From Saccostrea echinata (lineage: Eukaryota): a DNA stretch of 64,000 nt. This document shows positions 24,725 through 38,454 of this stretch, piece after piece. The DNA is taken from assembly GCF_033153115.1 (NCBI RefSeq), contig NW_026889764.1:4092001-4156000 (forward strand), read 5' to 3'. Each line of letters begins with the position of its first letter. The first letter of the stretch is position 1. Below the pieces are notes generated by a model. It was not told the DNA's origin. It saw nothing but the letters and a program-made list of their open reading frames with translations, and ran no database searches. Both the position numbers and the translations under genes were made by a program.

Positions 24725-27700
24725 ATGGCGTAAGGAAATTTATTGATGACAGTCACAGATCCACTTTTCATGACATTTGCACTGAAGTTGCACGGTAATG
24801 ATGCATTCAGCATACTTTCAAAACCGTTTATCTGTTAGTCCCTAAAAATATCTCATTCCTACAAATTTTTAGAAATTGTTGTGGAATGCTTGGCCTTGAG
24901 CTTATTTAAGATTTTTTTTTTTGAAATAAAGAAACGGATCTTGGTTTCCAGGTTATCGAATGCAGCGCTTCAAAATTATATACGTCGCAGATTTCCATAT
25001 AAGTTCCTTTTATACTTTGCTCTGGTTTAAGTGGAAACTAGCTGGAGATCTAGAGCCAGACTTCATTCACATTATCGCAGTGAAATACAAATAAGTAAGT
25101 GTCAGATCCTAATCCCTTCCCCCACGAAATATTATTTTGTAGCCGGCCTGAACAATTCAGGTTTTTTTCTATGTGTAAAAAACATTTTTGTGGCTGCCCG
25201 CCCTTCTTTGAAAACAGTTGCTACTGGCCTGAGTTGCATTTAACACACTACCATAAAGGGAATTCTCTTTGCACCATAACCAAACGCGTATAGAGTTTTG
25301 TGTTTTATATAGGACTGCCTTTTTACCGAGATTTCATCACTTTGCATTTAAATTAACTGTCACTCAAACGGTATAACCCGGATCTCACTCTCTTTGTCAT
25401 GTAATACATAGCATCAGATCTATATTCATGTTGTACCCAGCAGGGTAAATGTTCTGGCGGACGACAAATGGATAACCTTTGAAACGACCTTGAGTGTCCT
25501 AGACATGATAAAGAGCAGCCGAGTAGAGGACAGGGTAACGAGTGCATCACAGACTTATATTAACTGATATACATTCATGTAAAATATTACAAATAACCTG
25601 GAAAAATAGACAGAGTTCCACCATGCAATGTCAACTTTTGGGAAAATTACTACGGACACTTCAAACTGGTCGTATATATCGTAAAATTGCCATTTTTTTC
25701 TTAATCAAAGAAATATTATTTATTTATTACTTAGGTTTTGGTTAACGTTAAATAAAATTTATATTCGCTAAAACCTCTTAATGTCATGTTAAAAGGACAA
25801 TAAAATTACAATATTTGACAATATTTGAATAGATCTAGATATGCAGATGGATTTCATGGATAAAACCTTCTTAGTTAATCTAAAGTTGGTCATAAACATA
25901 TGGTTGATAGAGTATATGAAAAGTATATATAAAAAGCTTGAAATGTACAAAATCAGGGCCTTTGCCAGGTTTCTGAAAAGGGAAGGGTCTTGGTAGGGGT
26001 ATTCCCTTTTCAGAGCCAGATTTTTTAATGAATGGTTATGAATGGGTACCATTTGGGTGGGTTCTGGTGCATTCTTGAAGTAATTATTTCACACATCAAA
26101 TAAACAAAATAAAGCTGCATTGTTTTAAAACAGATAAACAATGAATTTATTTTGTTTTAAACATTATACATGTACTTTCAAGTGATTTTTTTTAAAGGGG
26201 GGGGGGGTTACTATCGCACCCAACACACCCACGTTCTGACAGTGTTTGAATTGATCAGACTGAGTTAAAAAAAAGGTGCAGCCACCATTTTCGAATTACT
26301 TCCCATGCAAGAACTCTCCTGCAAAAGAGAGCAGGAGACGTGTAGACATGAGGAGTTCCTCGGGTGGCTCATGCCTCGCACACTGTATGGAGCGTAGCGG
26401 AGTCAGCCGAGGAATTGGTTAGAGCAGACATCGTCAGAACAACCGAAAAACCTTTGATGAATATTTTAAATATTTTAATAGACAGAATTGCTGAAAAAAA
26501 TGTATTTCGAAGCAAGAAAAGAAGCATCAACGAGTTCCAATTCAAGGTAATAATGAAGTAATAAATAAACTATGTTCGTAATGTTTCTGACAGAACTTAC
26601 AGTAGAAAGATAACATGTTTCAATTTAAACTATTGATAATAAAAATATTTCTGTATTTGCATTTACAGTTTTCTGTGTTATTTACCTTCTAGGCGCTAAA
26701 ATTTGTTCTAGAAAGTGGTCATTCTCATTTTTAGCAAAAGAGAGAGAGAGAGGGAGAACAATAAATTTTTATGTAGATGATTACCGAAAAATTATGTTAT
26801 TATATAATACAGTATGAAATGTTCTTTCAAGATACAGTAATGATTGGTATATATATGACATTAATTTATGTATTTTTGATATGTAACTTAGACATATTAA
26901 GTAATAGTATAGCGGCTCGTATGTGCATAACAAAATGGCTACACTTAACAAAGCCTTACTAATATTTACGTATTAGCAGTAATATGAAATGTATCAACAT
27001 AACTAATTTTAGAAACATATGTACTTAAGGATTATTCATCAAAATTTATCTTTGTTTGGCATTTATGTCTAGTACACATCGCTATGTGGGCTAACGTCAA
27101 CTTTAGGAAACGATATTTTTCTGTTGGACATTTTACTTACGCACTTTAGATTCAGTCCAAACTCATGAAATTGAGAAAATGATGTTAAAAATTCCACAAT
27201 ATCACAAAGAATGCATATAAATTACTGTATTTCCTAAATTTCATTTAATTTAGAGAATTGGAAGTGGATCTTTTTATATATTGTAGTTGCGCGAACAATA
27301 ATTTATGTAACGTTGGACACGGGAATTTCGCCGTAATAACCAATAATGAATAGAGTTGTATCATAACTAAAATAATTTCAAATTATTAAAAAGAAAATTT
27401 TTAGAATAATTTATTACCTTGGATAAAATAATTAATTTCATTTTTAATTTCTAGTAACTTTAACATCTTGAAAACGCCAGTTTCTTTACGACATCTAAAG
27501 AGTCAGATTTAAAAGTACCAACACCGTGCCCAGCTTTAGCGCATCGCTATCTGCACTAAAGCCGCTAAAATATGAAGCCCGCTTTTTTAAGGACACATAC
27601 AGTATCTTACCAAACATCACACACATATATATAGATACACATCACCTTATTATGAAAAATGTACTTTAAACTGCATGAGAACAAACAACTTTGTATAACA

Positions 27701-28769
27701 AAATTTGACACCGCACCCTTGAGCAACCCTAGCTCATCATTGCCTTTGTATTAGAAACATAAGCAGAAGAGAAAAAAGCACTTCGTCTTTAATAGGTAGT
27801 CGCTGACATATCAGTGCTTATGGGAAAACTCTAACGATGACCTGCATAGATCGTAATCAAGATGAAAAAATAAGACCGAGAACACATCGTAATAGTATTT
27901 TTGAGGTATATAAACAATTGCAAACAATAAATAACAAAGGTACATTATAAATACTTATATACACTGTATGTCATGTTTAAATGGATGATAAGTAGTTTTT
28001 TTTTCTGGCCTCTCAGTTATAAGTAAAATAATACCACATTCATAATTAACATGTGCTTAATTTTGATTGATGCCCGTTACAAATATTAGGCTGTACATAA
28101 AATATCTTGTATATTTGTAAATATAATAATATCAATCATATGCCTGTTACTCATGCATGTCAAATGTTAACACAAGAGTAGATACTGATTTACACCAAAA
28201 TTATTAGTGCGTTAATTGAGAATTTCTGAGGATATTACTCGACTGGTGTCCTCATTCTAAATGGGTCTCTTCAGGTGTGAAACTTTCCATAAGTACTGAC
28301 GAATTCGGCGACTATTTAACAACCAATAGACGTTATAACCACCATCAGTGGACAATTCGGCGAAATAAGGAGCTATTAATTATTGTTTGGTGTCCTGATA
28401 TTCATGTGTTGGCGACTAGGGTCAGCTTTATTAAATCTCTGCCCGACACCTCAGGTTCCTATTGTTAACTACACGCACCATTGCCAACCTATTTTCTCCA
28501 GTGAAATCAAAACTGTATAAAACGCAATGGGTCAAATAAATCCTCTGTTTAAAACCTTTGGATTGTTTTCCATTATACAATTTAAATCAAGCTTAAATCT
28601 CACACAACGTTTAAACTGTAAGTATAGCGATTTAAATCATATAATGGCCAAAGTAGATGGTCCAAGATACAATGTATGATGATTTCCCGTAATCTGACAT
28701 AAATTTTGAGGTCCGTTTTAGAAAATCCTGTGTTTGTTACCCAAAGTAAGGTATAAAAAAATCCAAAAA

Positions 28770-30158
28770 CTAGTAGTCTGGGTTGTTTTCTACCACGTAT
28801 CTTTCATAACTTTCCTGATCATATTCCGGAACCGGATCCTTATATCGGACCACGTTCGGCGGAGGAACACTTTCCGGCTTCCTCTGATCCTTAGTCCATG
28901 ATTTCTCCTTGACCTTGTTGGCCATTTGAAGGTCGGGTGCTGGTACACTGCGTGCATGGGCTATTTCTACTGCATTGGCATCCAGATGATAATTTTTGTC
29001 TCCTCTGATTTGTTCATTTACCTTGCCCAGTTTTGGAACATTCATTAAACCTTTAATTAAAACAGCGTCCGCATCTGTCCCTTTCCCCGTGCCCACGGGC
29101 TGATGCGACTTGCAGTAAACGTCATGGTCGAATGTGTCATTTTTGTTTAGGTAATAATTCTTCATATTTAGAAGAGTTTTACACACTTTGCAAACAAAGC
29201 ACCCTTTATGATACATTGCGTCTTTTACTGGGCCCGTTTTGTCCATTGGGTAGATCTTCTTCATACATTTATAACACTTATCCTTAGGATATTTCACTTG
29301 ATATTTAAGAGAATGTGAACGAATGGGAACATTTCCGGATTTCCATTCACCATTTAAGAAAACATTTTCAGAATCCGGAGAAAGAGGACAGGAAGTTGAT
29401 GTCTCCGGAAGAGAGTGTCCTGATATGCTTGAAGGCGATCCAGGCATGGAACTGGACGAAGTACTTCCGGTTTCATTCAGCTGCACGTGCAAAGGTCTTC
29501 CAATTCCTGGTGTCCCTTCGGAAACATGCCCTGTCCCTGGGGTAGTCGGTGTTTGGGGAGCGGAATTAGAACTGAGGGAGGTGGTCGGCGAGACGGCTTC
29601 TTGAGATGCCTGAGGTAAAATACTGGCAACGGTTATCGGCACTGACACAGAACCCTTTGGAATGGATTGAAGATTGTTAACTAAAGCTTCCTGTGATATA
29701 TTTCCAAGAGCTATGTTTGTTTGAAGCGTCCACAAGGCAAATTGCTCCGGTGTCATCACACCTGAAACTTGGTTTGCCTGGGGTGGTACTGGAAATTGTC
29801 CATTTGGAAAGCCCGTAACATTAGTTGGTAAGTTGGCTTGTAAAGTTTGCATGTTCAGTCCGGGCGTTCCTTGAGTAATTGTCACCGGAGATGGCTGTAC
29901 AGACGCGATAATGTATGGTCCATTGTTAGGTGCAGCTGATGCGTCATTTCTTGCCATGGACATGTAAGCATCCAAATAATTTGTTCCAGAATTGTTCAAA
30001 TTCATTGCACCGAGCTGTGCGTTGAGTTGCTGCATTTGCGGAAAGTTGGGATAATTCCCAGTCCATATATTAGTCCCTTGCATGTTCTGTGTGGAGGGCA
30101 CTGCGTTATAAGATTCAGGAGGATTAACTCCTTGATTAAAATTATAATTAGGGTCCAT
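28770..30158 (-). CDS. Hillarin-type LIM-domain protein with Q/N/P/S-rich N-terminus, uninterrupted ORF (~462 aa)
   Basis: The 520-aa ORF in the track starts at GTG; the first in-frame ATG is 30158 (MDPNYNFNQ). LIM at ~29103-29277 (CYKC...HKGCFVCKVC...VYCKSHQP) followed by VPKLGKVNEQIRG; stop at 28770. No transglutaminase-like domain. Confidence 0.88.
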   Translation of the reverse strand: MDPNYNFNQGVNPPESYNAVPSTQNMQGTNIWTGNYPNFPQMQQLNAQLGAMNLNNSGTNYLDAYMSMARNDASAAPNNGPYIIASVQPSPVTITQGTPGLNMQTLQANLPTNVTGFPNGQFPVPPQANQVSGVMTPEQFALWTLQTNIALGNISQEALVNNLQSIPKGSVSVPITVASILPQASQEAVSPTTSLSSNSAPQTPTTPGTGHVSEGTPGIGRPLHVQLNETGSTSSSSMPGSPSSISGHSLPETSTSCPLSPDSENVFLNGEWKSGNVPIRSHSLKYQVKYPKDKCYKCMKKIYPMDKTGPVKDAMYHKGCFVCKVCKTLLNMKNYYLNKNDTFDHDVYCKSHQPVGTGKGTDADAVLIKGLMNVPKLGKVNEQIRGDKNYHLDANAVEIAHARSVPAPDLQMANKVKEKSWTKDQRKPESVPPPNVVRYKDPVPEYDQESYERYVVENNPDY

Positions 30159-31613
30159 ACCAAACAGCTGTCTTTTAAATTTCGTGGGTCCTCCACTTCG
30201 ATTGAGTTTTAATAATGACAGGTGTGCTATTAAACATTCGTAAAATTGCCCGCACACATGAATACACTTGAGTTCTGAATTCCATTTAACACAACACTGT
30301 AGGTAAAATAACAAGGCCTGTGATTTCGTCACACCCCCATGACTTCAACCAATGGGGAAGGGCGTAACAATGCCCACCGTAAGCCTCTTTATAAAGTCTG
30401 ACTAGATTTACCAAGTAGATTGTGTACGCACTTTTTACTCCGTTGATTGATAGCCAAATAGGTATCTAATTCATAATTTTTAGTGAGCCACAAAAATGTG
30501 GAGTGATTTGAACAATGACTGCCTATTTAGGTCACAGAAGACCGGCAAAATCTGTTTTGAATTTTAATAAATACAAAGACAATTGGAGACCAAGTCAAAG
30601 AAAGTTCAGACAGATAGAATAAAGAGGCTTAAAACTTTGTTGTGAAAGTTATTTTTATACATCGAATAAGCGGGTCAATGCATTTTGAGAGACTCAGTTG
30701 TCTAATGATATATACTTTACTGCATGGGTACATTTTTCTTCTAACAATCTCAGTGGAATGCAATTTGTGCAGAAAAAGCAGAAGCAGACCGTTTTTGTTT
30801 TGTTTTTTTTAATTTATTACTTTTTAAAAACACATTTTGATGTCAGTCTTCCCTGTTTTGTCAGAAAGTGTACGTGTTTATGTTGAACGAGTGGGTTCAT
30901 TTTTATGATGTTATTTTGGACAAAATTGTCTGACAAAAACTATCCTTGAATAATATTAATTTGACTTTTTGGGGGTGGGGTAGGGAGTAGGAGGGCGTTT
31001 TCGATTTATGTATCAAGCACAAAGTTTGAATTCGATTATAAATGAGGTTACTAGTAGGTGTCAAATCCTAGTCCAAACTTAAGATTTGAGAACTTCGACG
31101 TTTCATGAATTATTAATCATATAATGTTGTATATTCTATTCACTTTTTACAATATTGAAAACCAGGAACAAAATTGCCAATCACGTAAAAAGTTAAACTT
31201 AATTTACTGCAACAGAAGTGTTAGTGAATTATCACGTAGATGTCATCTGGACAGAGAAATTCTCGGGTTTTTTTATTTGTTTGAATTCATATAAAAGTCA
31301 TAATCGTTAATCAGAGCGCATCTACAAAGTATTAGTTTTGAAAATAGAATATTCAAAGATACATAGTTATCAGAATTTTTGTTCGTTGTGTAAGAATAAT
31401 ACCGTATTTTTTTTCTTAAATTGTCCAGTGTATAAAGGTTTGCTTAGGAAAAAAAAATCATGACCTTCTTTAAGGTTCATTGATAACCTGATAAGAGAGA
31501 TAACTCCAACTGGCATACATTACTATTATTCCTGTATGAAATTGTCAAGTTTACATGTCATTTCTGTCAGATTTCGCCGCACAAGGTATGCTAGAAAACA
31601 CAACAATCAAGGT

Positions 31614-31800
31614 NNNNNNNNNNNNNNNNNNNNNNNNNNNNNNNNNNNNNNNNNNNNNNNNNNNNNNNNNNNNNNNNNNNNNNNNNNNNNNNNNNNNNNN
31701 NNNNNNNNNNNNNNNNNNNNNNNNNNNNNNNNNNNNNNNNNNNNNNNNNNNNNNNNNNNNNNNNNNNNNNNNNNNNNNNNNNNNNNNNNNNNNNNNNNNN
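31614..31800. other. Assembly gap (N run)
   Basis: Run of n characters. Confidence 0.99.
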
Positions 31801-33702
31801 TGCCTTTGGAAGAGTTTGCTCTCAAAGATTGCCTTTTTACCCCTCAGTTTCCTACTTGATTAGTGCCATAATTAACTTATATTTTGAACATTTTATAGAT
31901 TTGTTATTCATTTAAATTGTTCCTGGACAAAAATTCTGTAACTTACATGAATGATGCATTTCGTGGTGTCCAAATTTGACTACGTCTAAATTAATACTGT
32001 TGATAAATACATACTTATTTACTGGATCTTTGAAACATGTATTTTTGAAACTTGAATTCAGAATTCAAAGACCAAGATTATAATTTTATTTTTTTAATTA
32101 TGTAAAGTCATTTATGTAATCGGATTGGAAATAGACATCATACCCATACAGGTGTAAGAAGGTCAAATGTTTAGAGTTAACAATTATGTGTAATTATTGA
32201 AAATGAAGTACTACACAATCAATAATATTAATTTAAAGCTAAAGTAACTAGAAAAGAAGAAAAAGAAAACAGAAAAATGTTAAATTATACACAGGAGTAT
32301 AACTTAGCATATATCCAATATAAACTCTTAATTATTTTAGACAATGTTTTGCACTTTTTCCCGAGAAATTGTAAAAATTGTTATGATTGCAAATAAGACA
32401 CTTTAGAACTCAAGTTTTGATGTTAATTAATGCATAATATACGAAGTAAATATTAATAAAATACATCATGTAGAATGAGATAAATATTTTAATGTTTTAA
32501 ATTAAAAAAAAAAATTTGAAAAAATTGCATGCATATAGTATCGGGGGTGGGGGGTGGGGGTGGGGGTGTCTTACTTACCTTTTTCCAGACATAACCTTAC
32601 ACTGCTGGGAATGTTCATTTAAAGGGTGCCCCCCATTTTCACTCCTCCCCTTGTAGGATTTTTTTTAAAATAAACTTTTAAATTGTCAATTTTTATTCTG
32701 CCCCCCCCCCCCCGAACTTTCAAAAATGATTGTTAATATCTTTTTTTTTTAATTTATGGACAAAATCTTCAAGAAAGATGTCACGTAATATGAGATATCA
32801 GACACTCATATAATAAAAAAAGAAATTGAAATGAAATTGCGAAAAGAAAAACAGCTAATTTTCAGATTTGAACCAACTGAAATTAAACCGACCAAAATAA
32901 AAAAAAATTACAAACCAAATAATTAATAGCTTATATCGGTATTCCAATGCTGATTTCCAAAGAGATGTTTTAAGATCTATTTTAAGATCTAGAAAATAAC
33001 AAATTGGTGTAAGATACCTCTTGAAAGAAAGATAACTGTTAGATATGTTTTACTTACATGCTGGATGCTCGCCAATCGTGAATATTTTTTTTTCTTTATT
33101 GGAAATGAAAAGAAAAAAAATTGAAATGAATCAAAATGCATATCGACTAAATTTGAAAATATCTTCAATTTCCACCCTTTCTGACCTTCACAAGTGCATG
33201 CGTTTTAAAATCCTAGTTATTTAAAATTTAATATTTAGAATATATATTATTTTAAATTAGCTTTATGTAGTCGAGTAGATTGTTTCTTATTAAGAATATC
33301 GGAGTAGTTTATGGCTCTCAAGATTGTTCACAGATAGAACTGCATAGGCCTATTTCTTTATTGAGTGTACACCAAAACGTTAAAACTATTTCTGTCTGCA
33401 TTGATTCTGTACTGTATCTGTCTGTTTTGATTGTGTGCGTATTATAAGAGTAAAATTATTCTGCTCTTTTGATTACTGTAACCAAGGATTTTTTTAATTA
33501 TGAGGCCGATTTAGAATTAATCTGCGAACATAGTCATTTTATTTATTTATTTATTAAAAAAACTGATAAATAACATTTACGCGACGATAAATATTCGAGA
33601 GCATATATATGTTTTTTCGCGACCCTCGAGGTGATTTATTGAATGCGTATAAAATGCTTGTCTTACGGTATGTGCTAAAAAGTAGAACTATAACTGTGTA
33701 AT

Positions 33703-34797
33703 ATAAGAGGCCCATGGGCCACAACGCTCACCTGAGCCAAATATGACCCTGCCATTCTTCATCAGCATTTTTTCCTTATATATTACTATGTAAAACTTTG
33801 ATTCCCTGTTGTGACCGCATCCAACCCCCTGGGATCATGATTTGAACAAATTGGAATCTTCACTAGGATGCTTCATATCAATATGACTGACTATGGCTTT
33901 GTTGTTCTTGAGAAGATTCTTTCCTGGTTATTCTTATGTAAAACTTTGATCCTCCAATGAAGCACAACCTTATCCCCAGGGAGTAATGATTAGAAGACTC
34001 TTCCTGGAATGCTTCCGTATCAATATGACTAATCATGGCTTGCTGTTCTTTAGAGGAATTTTTAAAAGATTTTTTTCCTGTATATTCTCTTGTAAAACTC
34101 TTGTGCCCCATAATGTGGCCCCACCCTACCCTCTGGGATTATGATTTAAACAAACTAGAATCTACACTACCTGAGGACGCTTACATATCAATATGACTAA
34201 TCATGGCTTTACTGTTCTTGAGAAGATGATTTTTAAAGATTTTTTCTTGGTTATTCTCATGTAAAATTTTTATCTCCCATTGTAGCCTCATCCTTCCCCT
34301 GCGGGTCATGATTTGAACAAATTAGAATCTACACCAGCTTAGGATACTTCCATATCAATATGACTAATCATGGCTTTATTGATCTTGAGAACAAGATTTT
34401 AAAAGATTTTTTTTCCCTATATATTCTTATGTAAAAATTTCATCCCCCGTTGTGGTCCCATCCTTGTCTGGAGGGTCAAGATGGGAACAAATTTGAATCT
34501 ACACTGTATAATAAAGGTCTCAAGTAAGTTCCATCTTTTCTAGCCTATTGGTTCTTTAAAAGGATATTTTTAAAAGATGGAACCAAATTTTCATTGGTTT
34601 GGTATTATCTCCCCTTGAAAGAAGGTGTTGCCTTTCATTGAATCCCCCTTTACATAAGGATGTTTTGAGGCAAGTGGGTTGAGAAGAAGACAAAAATGTG
34701 AAAAGTTTACAGACGGACGGATAGACAGACTGACGGACGCTCGAGAAAATGTGATCAGGAAAGCTCACTTGAACTTTCAGATCAGGTGAGCCAAAAA
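33703..34797 (-). mobile_element. Helentron/HINE-like element, family A, with ~5 internal tandem units (mostly ~155-170 bp)
   Basis: GGCCCATGGGCC...CTCACCTGAG at one end; repeated catgatttgaacaaa...gaatct units; GACG microsatellite and GCTCACTTGAAC...CAGGTGAGC end. Confidence 0.8.
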
Positions 34798-37435
34798 CTA
34801 GTACTATTTCTATATGTATTGAATGTGTACTATATTGGTAGATCTATTTCTGTCTGTATTGATTGTGTACTATAACAGTAGAACTATTTCTGTCTGTATT
34901 GTGTACTATAACAGTAGAACTATTTCTGTCTGTATTGTGTACTTTAACAGTAGAACTATTTCTGTCTGTATTGTGAACTCTAGCAGTAGAACTATTTCCG
35001 TCTGCATTGTGTACTATAACAGTAGAACTATTTCTGTCTGTATTGTGTACTATAACAGTAGAACTATTTCTGTCTGTATTGTGTACTATAACAGTAGAAC
35101 TATTTCTCTCTGTATTGTGTACTTTAACAGTAGAACTATTTCTGTCTGTATTGTGAACTCTAGCAGTAGAACTATTTCCGTCTGTATTGATTGTGTGCTA
35201 TAACAGTAGAACTATTTCTCTCTGTATTGTGTACTATAACAGTAGAACTATTTCTCTCTGTATTGTGTACTTTAACAGTAGAACTATTTCTGTCTGTATT
35301 GATTGTGTGCTATAACAGTAGAACTATTTGTGTCTGTATTGTGTACTATAACAGTAGAACTATTTCTGTCTGTATTGTGTACTATATCAGTAGAACTATT
35401 TCTGTCTGTATTGTGTACTATATCTGTCTGTATTGTGTACTATATCTGTCTGTATTGTGTACTATAACAGTAGAACTATATCTGTCTGTATTGTGTACTA
35501 TATCTGTCTGTATTGTGTACTATATCTGTCTGTATTGTGTACTATATCTGTCTGTATTGTGTACTATATCTGTCTGTATTGTGTACTATATCTGTCTGTA
35601 TTGTGTACTATATCTGTCTGTATTGTGTACTATAACAGTAGAACTATATCTGTCTGTATTGTGTACTATATCTGTCTGTATTGTGTACTATATCTGTCTG
35701 TATTGTGTACTATAACAGTAGAACTATATCTGTCTGTATTGTGTACTATATCTGTCTGTATTGTGTACTATATCTGTCTGTATTGTGTACTATAACAGTA
35801 GAACTATATCTGTCTGTATTGTGTACTATATCTGTCTGTATTGTGTACTATATCTGTCTGTATTGTGTACTATAACAGTAGAACTATATCTGTCTGTACT
35901 GTGTACTATATCTGTCTGTATTGTGTACTATATCTGTCTGTATTGTGTACTATATCTGTCTGTATTGTGTACTATAACAGTAGAACTATATCTGTCTGTA
36001 TTGTGTACTATATCTGTCTGTATTGTGTACTATATCTGTCTGTATTGTGTACTATAACAGTAGAACTATATCTGTCTGTATTGTGTACTATATCTGTCTG
36101 TATTGTGTACTATATCTGTCTGTATTGTGTACTATAACAGTAGAACTATATCTGTCTGTATTGTGTACTATATCTGTCTGTATTGTGTACTATAACAGTA
36201 GAACTATATCTGTCTGTATTGTGTACTATATCTGTCTGTATTGTGTACTATATCTGTCTGTATTGTGTACTATAACAGTAGAACTATATCTGTCTGTATT
36301 GTGTACTATAACAGTAGAACTATTTCTATCTCTATTGATTGTGTACTATAACAGTAGAACTATTTCTGTCTAAATTGTGTACTATATCAGTAGAACTATT
36401 TCTGTCTGTACTGTGTACTATATCAGTAGAACTATTTATGTCTGTATTGTGTACTATATCTGTCTGTATTGTGTACTATATCTGTCTGTATTGTGTACTA
36501 TAACAGTAGAACTATATCTGTCTGTATTGTGTACTATATCTGTCTGTATTGTGTACTATAACAGTAGAACTATATCTGTCTGTATTGTGTACTATAACAG
36601 TAAAACTATTTCTGTCTGTATTGTGTACTATATCTGTCTGTATTGTGTACTATATCTGTCTGTATTGTGTACTATATCTGTCTGTATTGTGTACTATAAC
36701 AGTAGAACTATTTCTGTCTGTATTGTGTACTATATCTGTCTGTATTGTGTACTATATCTGTCTGTATTGTGTACTATAACAGTAGAGATATATCTGTCTG
36801 TACTGTGTACTATAACAGTAGAACTATTTCTGTCTAAATTGTGTACTATATCAGTAGAACTATTTCTGTCTGTACTGTGTACTATATCAGTAGAACTATT
36901 TCTGTCTGTATTGTGTACTATATCTGTCTGTATTGTGTACTATATCTGTCTGTATTGTGTACTATAACAGTAGAACTATTTCTGTCTGTATTGTGTACTA
37001 TATCTGTCTGTATTGTGTACTATATCTGTCTGTATTGTGTACTATATCTGTCTGTACTGTGTACTATAACAGTAGAACTATTTCTGTCTGTATTGTGTAC
37101 TATATCTGTCTGTATTGTGTACTATATCTGTCTGTATTGTGTACTATAACAGTAGAACTATTTCTGTCTGTATTGTGTACTATATCTGTCTGTATTGTGT
37201 ACTATAGCAGTAGAACTATTTCTGTCTGTATTGTGTACTATATCTGTCTGTATTGTGTACTATATCTGTCTGTATTGTGTACTATAACAGTAGAACTATT
37301 TCTGTCTGTATTGTGTACTATATCTGTCTGTATTGTGTACTATATCTGTCTGTATTGTGTACTATAACAGTAGAACTATTTCTGTCTGTATTGTGTACTA
37401 TAACAGTAGAATATTTCTGTCTGTTTTGATTGTGT
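34798..37435. repeat. 2.6-kb minisatellite of interspersed 22-bp and 36-bp units
   Basis: 22-bp core TCTGTCTGTATTGTGTACTATA with an optional 14-bp insert ACAGTAGAACTAT(T/A); frequent 36+22+22 = 80-bp higher-order period. Confidence 0.97.
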
Positions 37436-37439
37436 CATT

Positions 37440-38395
37440 AAAGATCAATATCTGGTATTCCCCCCACAGACACCAATTGTAATCTGAAACGTCATCCCAA
37501 TGGACGCAATGTGTGTATAAAAACTGTATGGGCATGCTATTGCACTCTAAATGTAAAGCTTTGGTCAGCTGTTGCAGAGTTTGGGGATACGATTGTTTTT
37601 GGCGGATATGTCTATCTATTTTTTTTTTTTCTAATTCATGTTCAATAAAGTTTGAATCTGGCGATTTAGATGGCCAAAACAGAATAGGACGCTGTGGCTT
37701 TGCAAGAATGCGCTTGTCAAACAAGCCGTATGTGGCTGTGTATTGTCAGATTGAAATACGGTTCTAGGATGCTGCATTACCGGAAGACATGTGCAGGATG
37801 GACATCGTAAAAGTACAGTTTTCCAACAAAGACTTTCGAATATGAACCAAATCAGTCTTACCTATATATATTATACCGTTTTCCACTACCACCACCAAAT
37901 CTATCAAACTCCCGGAGGCAGTTTTTTTTACGTTCATTTAGAAGCTTATGTACTCTTAATCTTATATCAGGCTTTGTAATAAATATTTAACACCAAAACA
38001 AACTGTTCAGCGATGTTGCTATGGCTATACTCTGTTGGTCTGAGACCTTTGAAGTCAATATTTGTGGTTTTGTGGGTTCAGAACAATGACATAAATAAAT
38101 CATCAGTTGATAATTCCAACGTCCGGGATCCAATCACAAATGATCTTGTTAACACCCTGTGCACTTCAGGAATAGCTAGTGCTGTAGACGACGTCATTAT
38201 GAAACATAGATGAAATTACGCAAAACCCCTGTGCTGCTGATGTCACGCGTGGTCTGCCATATTTTTGGTGATCGTTTGTTGTATCATGTTGTTGGTATGT
38301 ATTTCATAGGTTAGATATTGTGCTTTGTGCTACATTAAAACCTTTGCAAGTGTAGACTGTGGTACACCTGTTTCCAGTCGCCAAATTCCCTTCTT
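37440..38395 (-). pseudogene. Degraded Tc1-family transposase
   Basis: WPSKSPDSNFIEH (Tc1 WPxxSPDLNPIE motif), FQSDNTQPHTA (QDNARPH-like) and an N-terminal HTH remnant (...VPQSTLAKVFNVAQSTIS...GRPRVTS), interrupted by stops and frameshifts. Confidence 0.75.
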
Positions 38396-38454
38396 GCGAT
38401 ATGCAAAATATCATATGTAGCTTTTTTAAATAGCGTCAACTTTCAGGGAAAAAA

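Noticed and set aside
30159-30332. 58-aa N-terminal extension of the 520-aa ORF
   Set aside because: Begins at GTG; the first ATG is at 30158, so the extension is probably 5' UTR.
31536-31863. ORFs spanning X residues
   Set aside because: Artefacts of the N gap.
34823-37367. Many overlapping Cys/Tyr/Val-rich ORFs, and a superficial CRISPR-like look
   Set aside because: They are translations of the 22/36-bp minisatellite; there are no unique spacers or cas genes and the context is eukaryotic.
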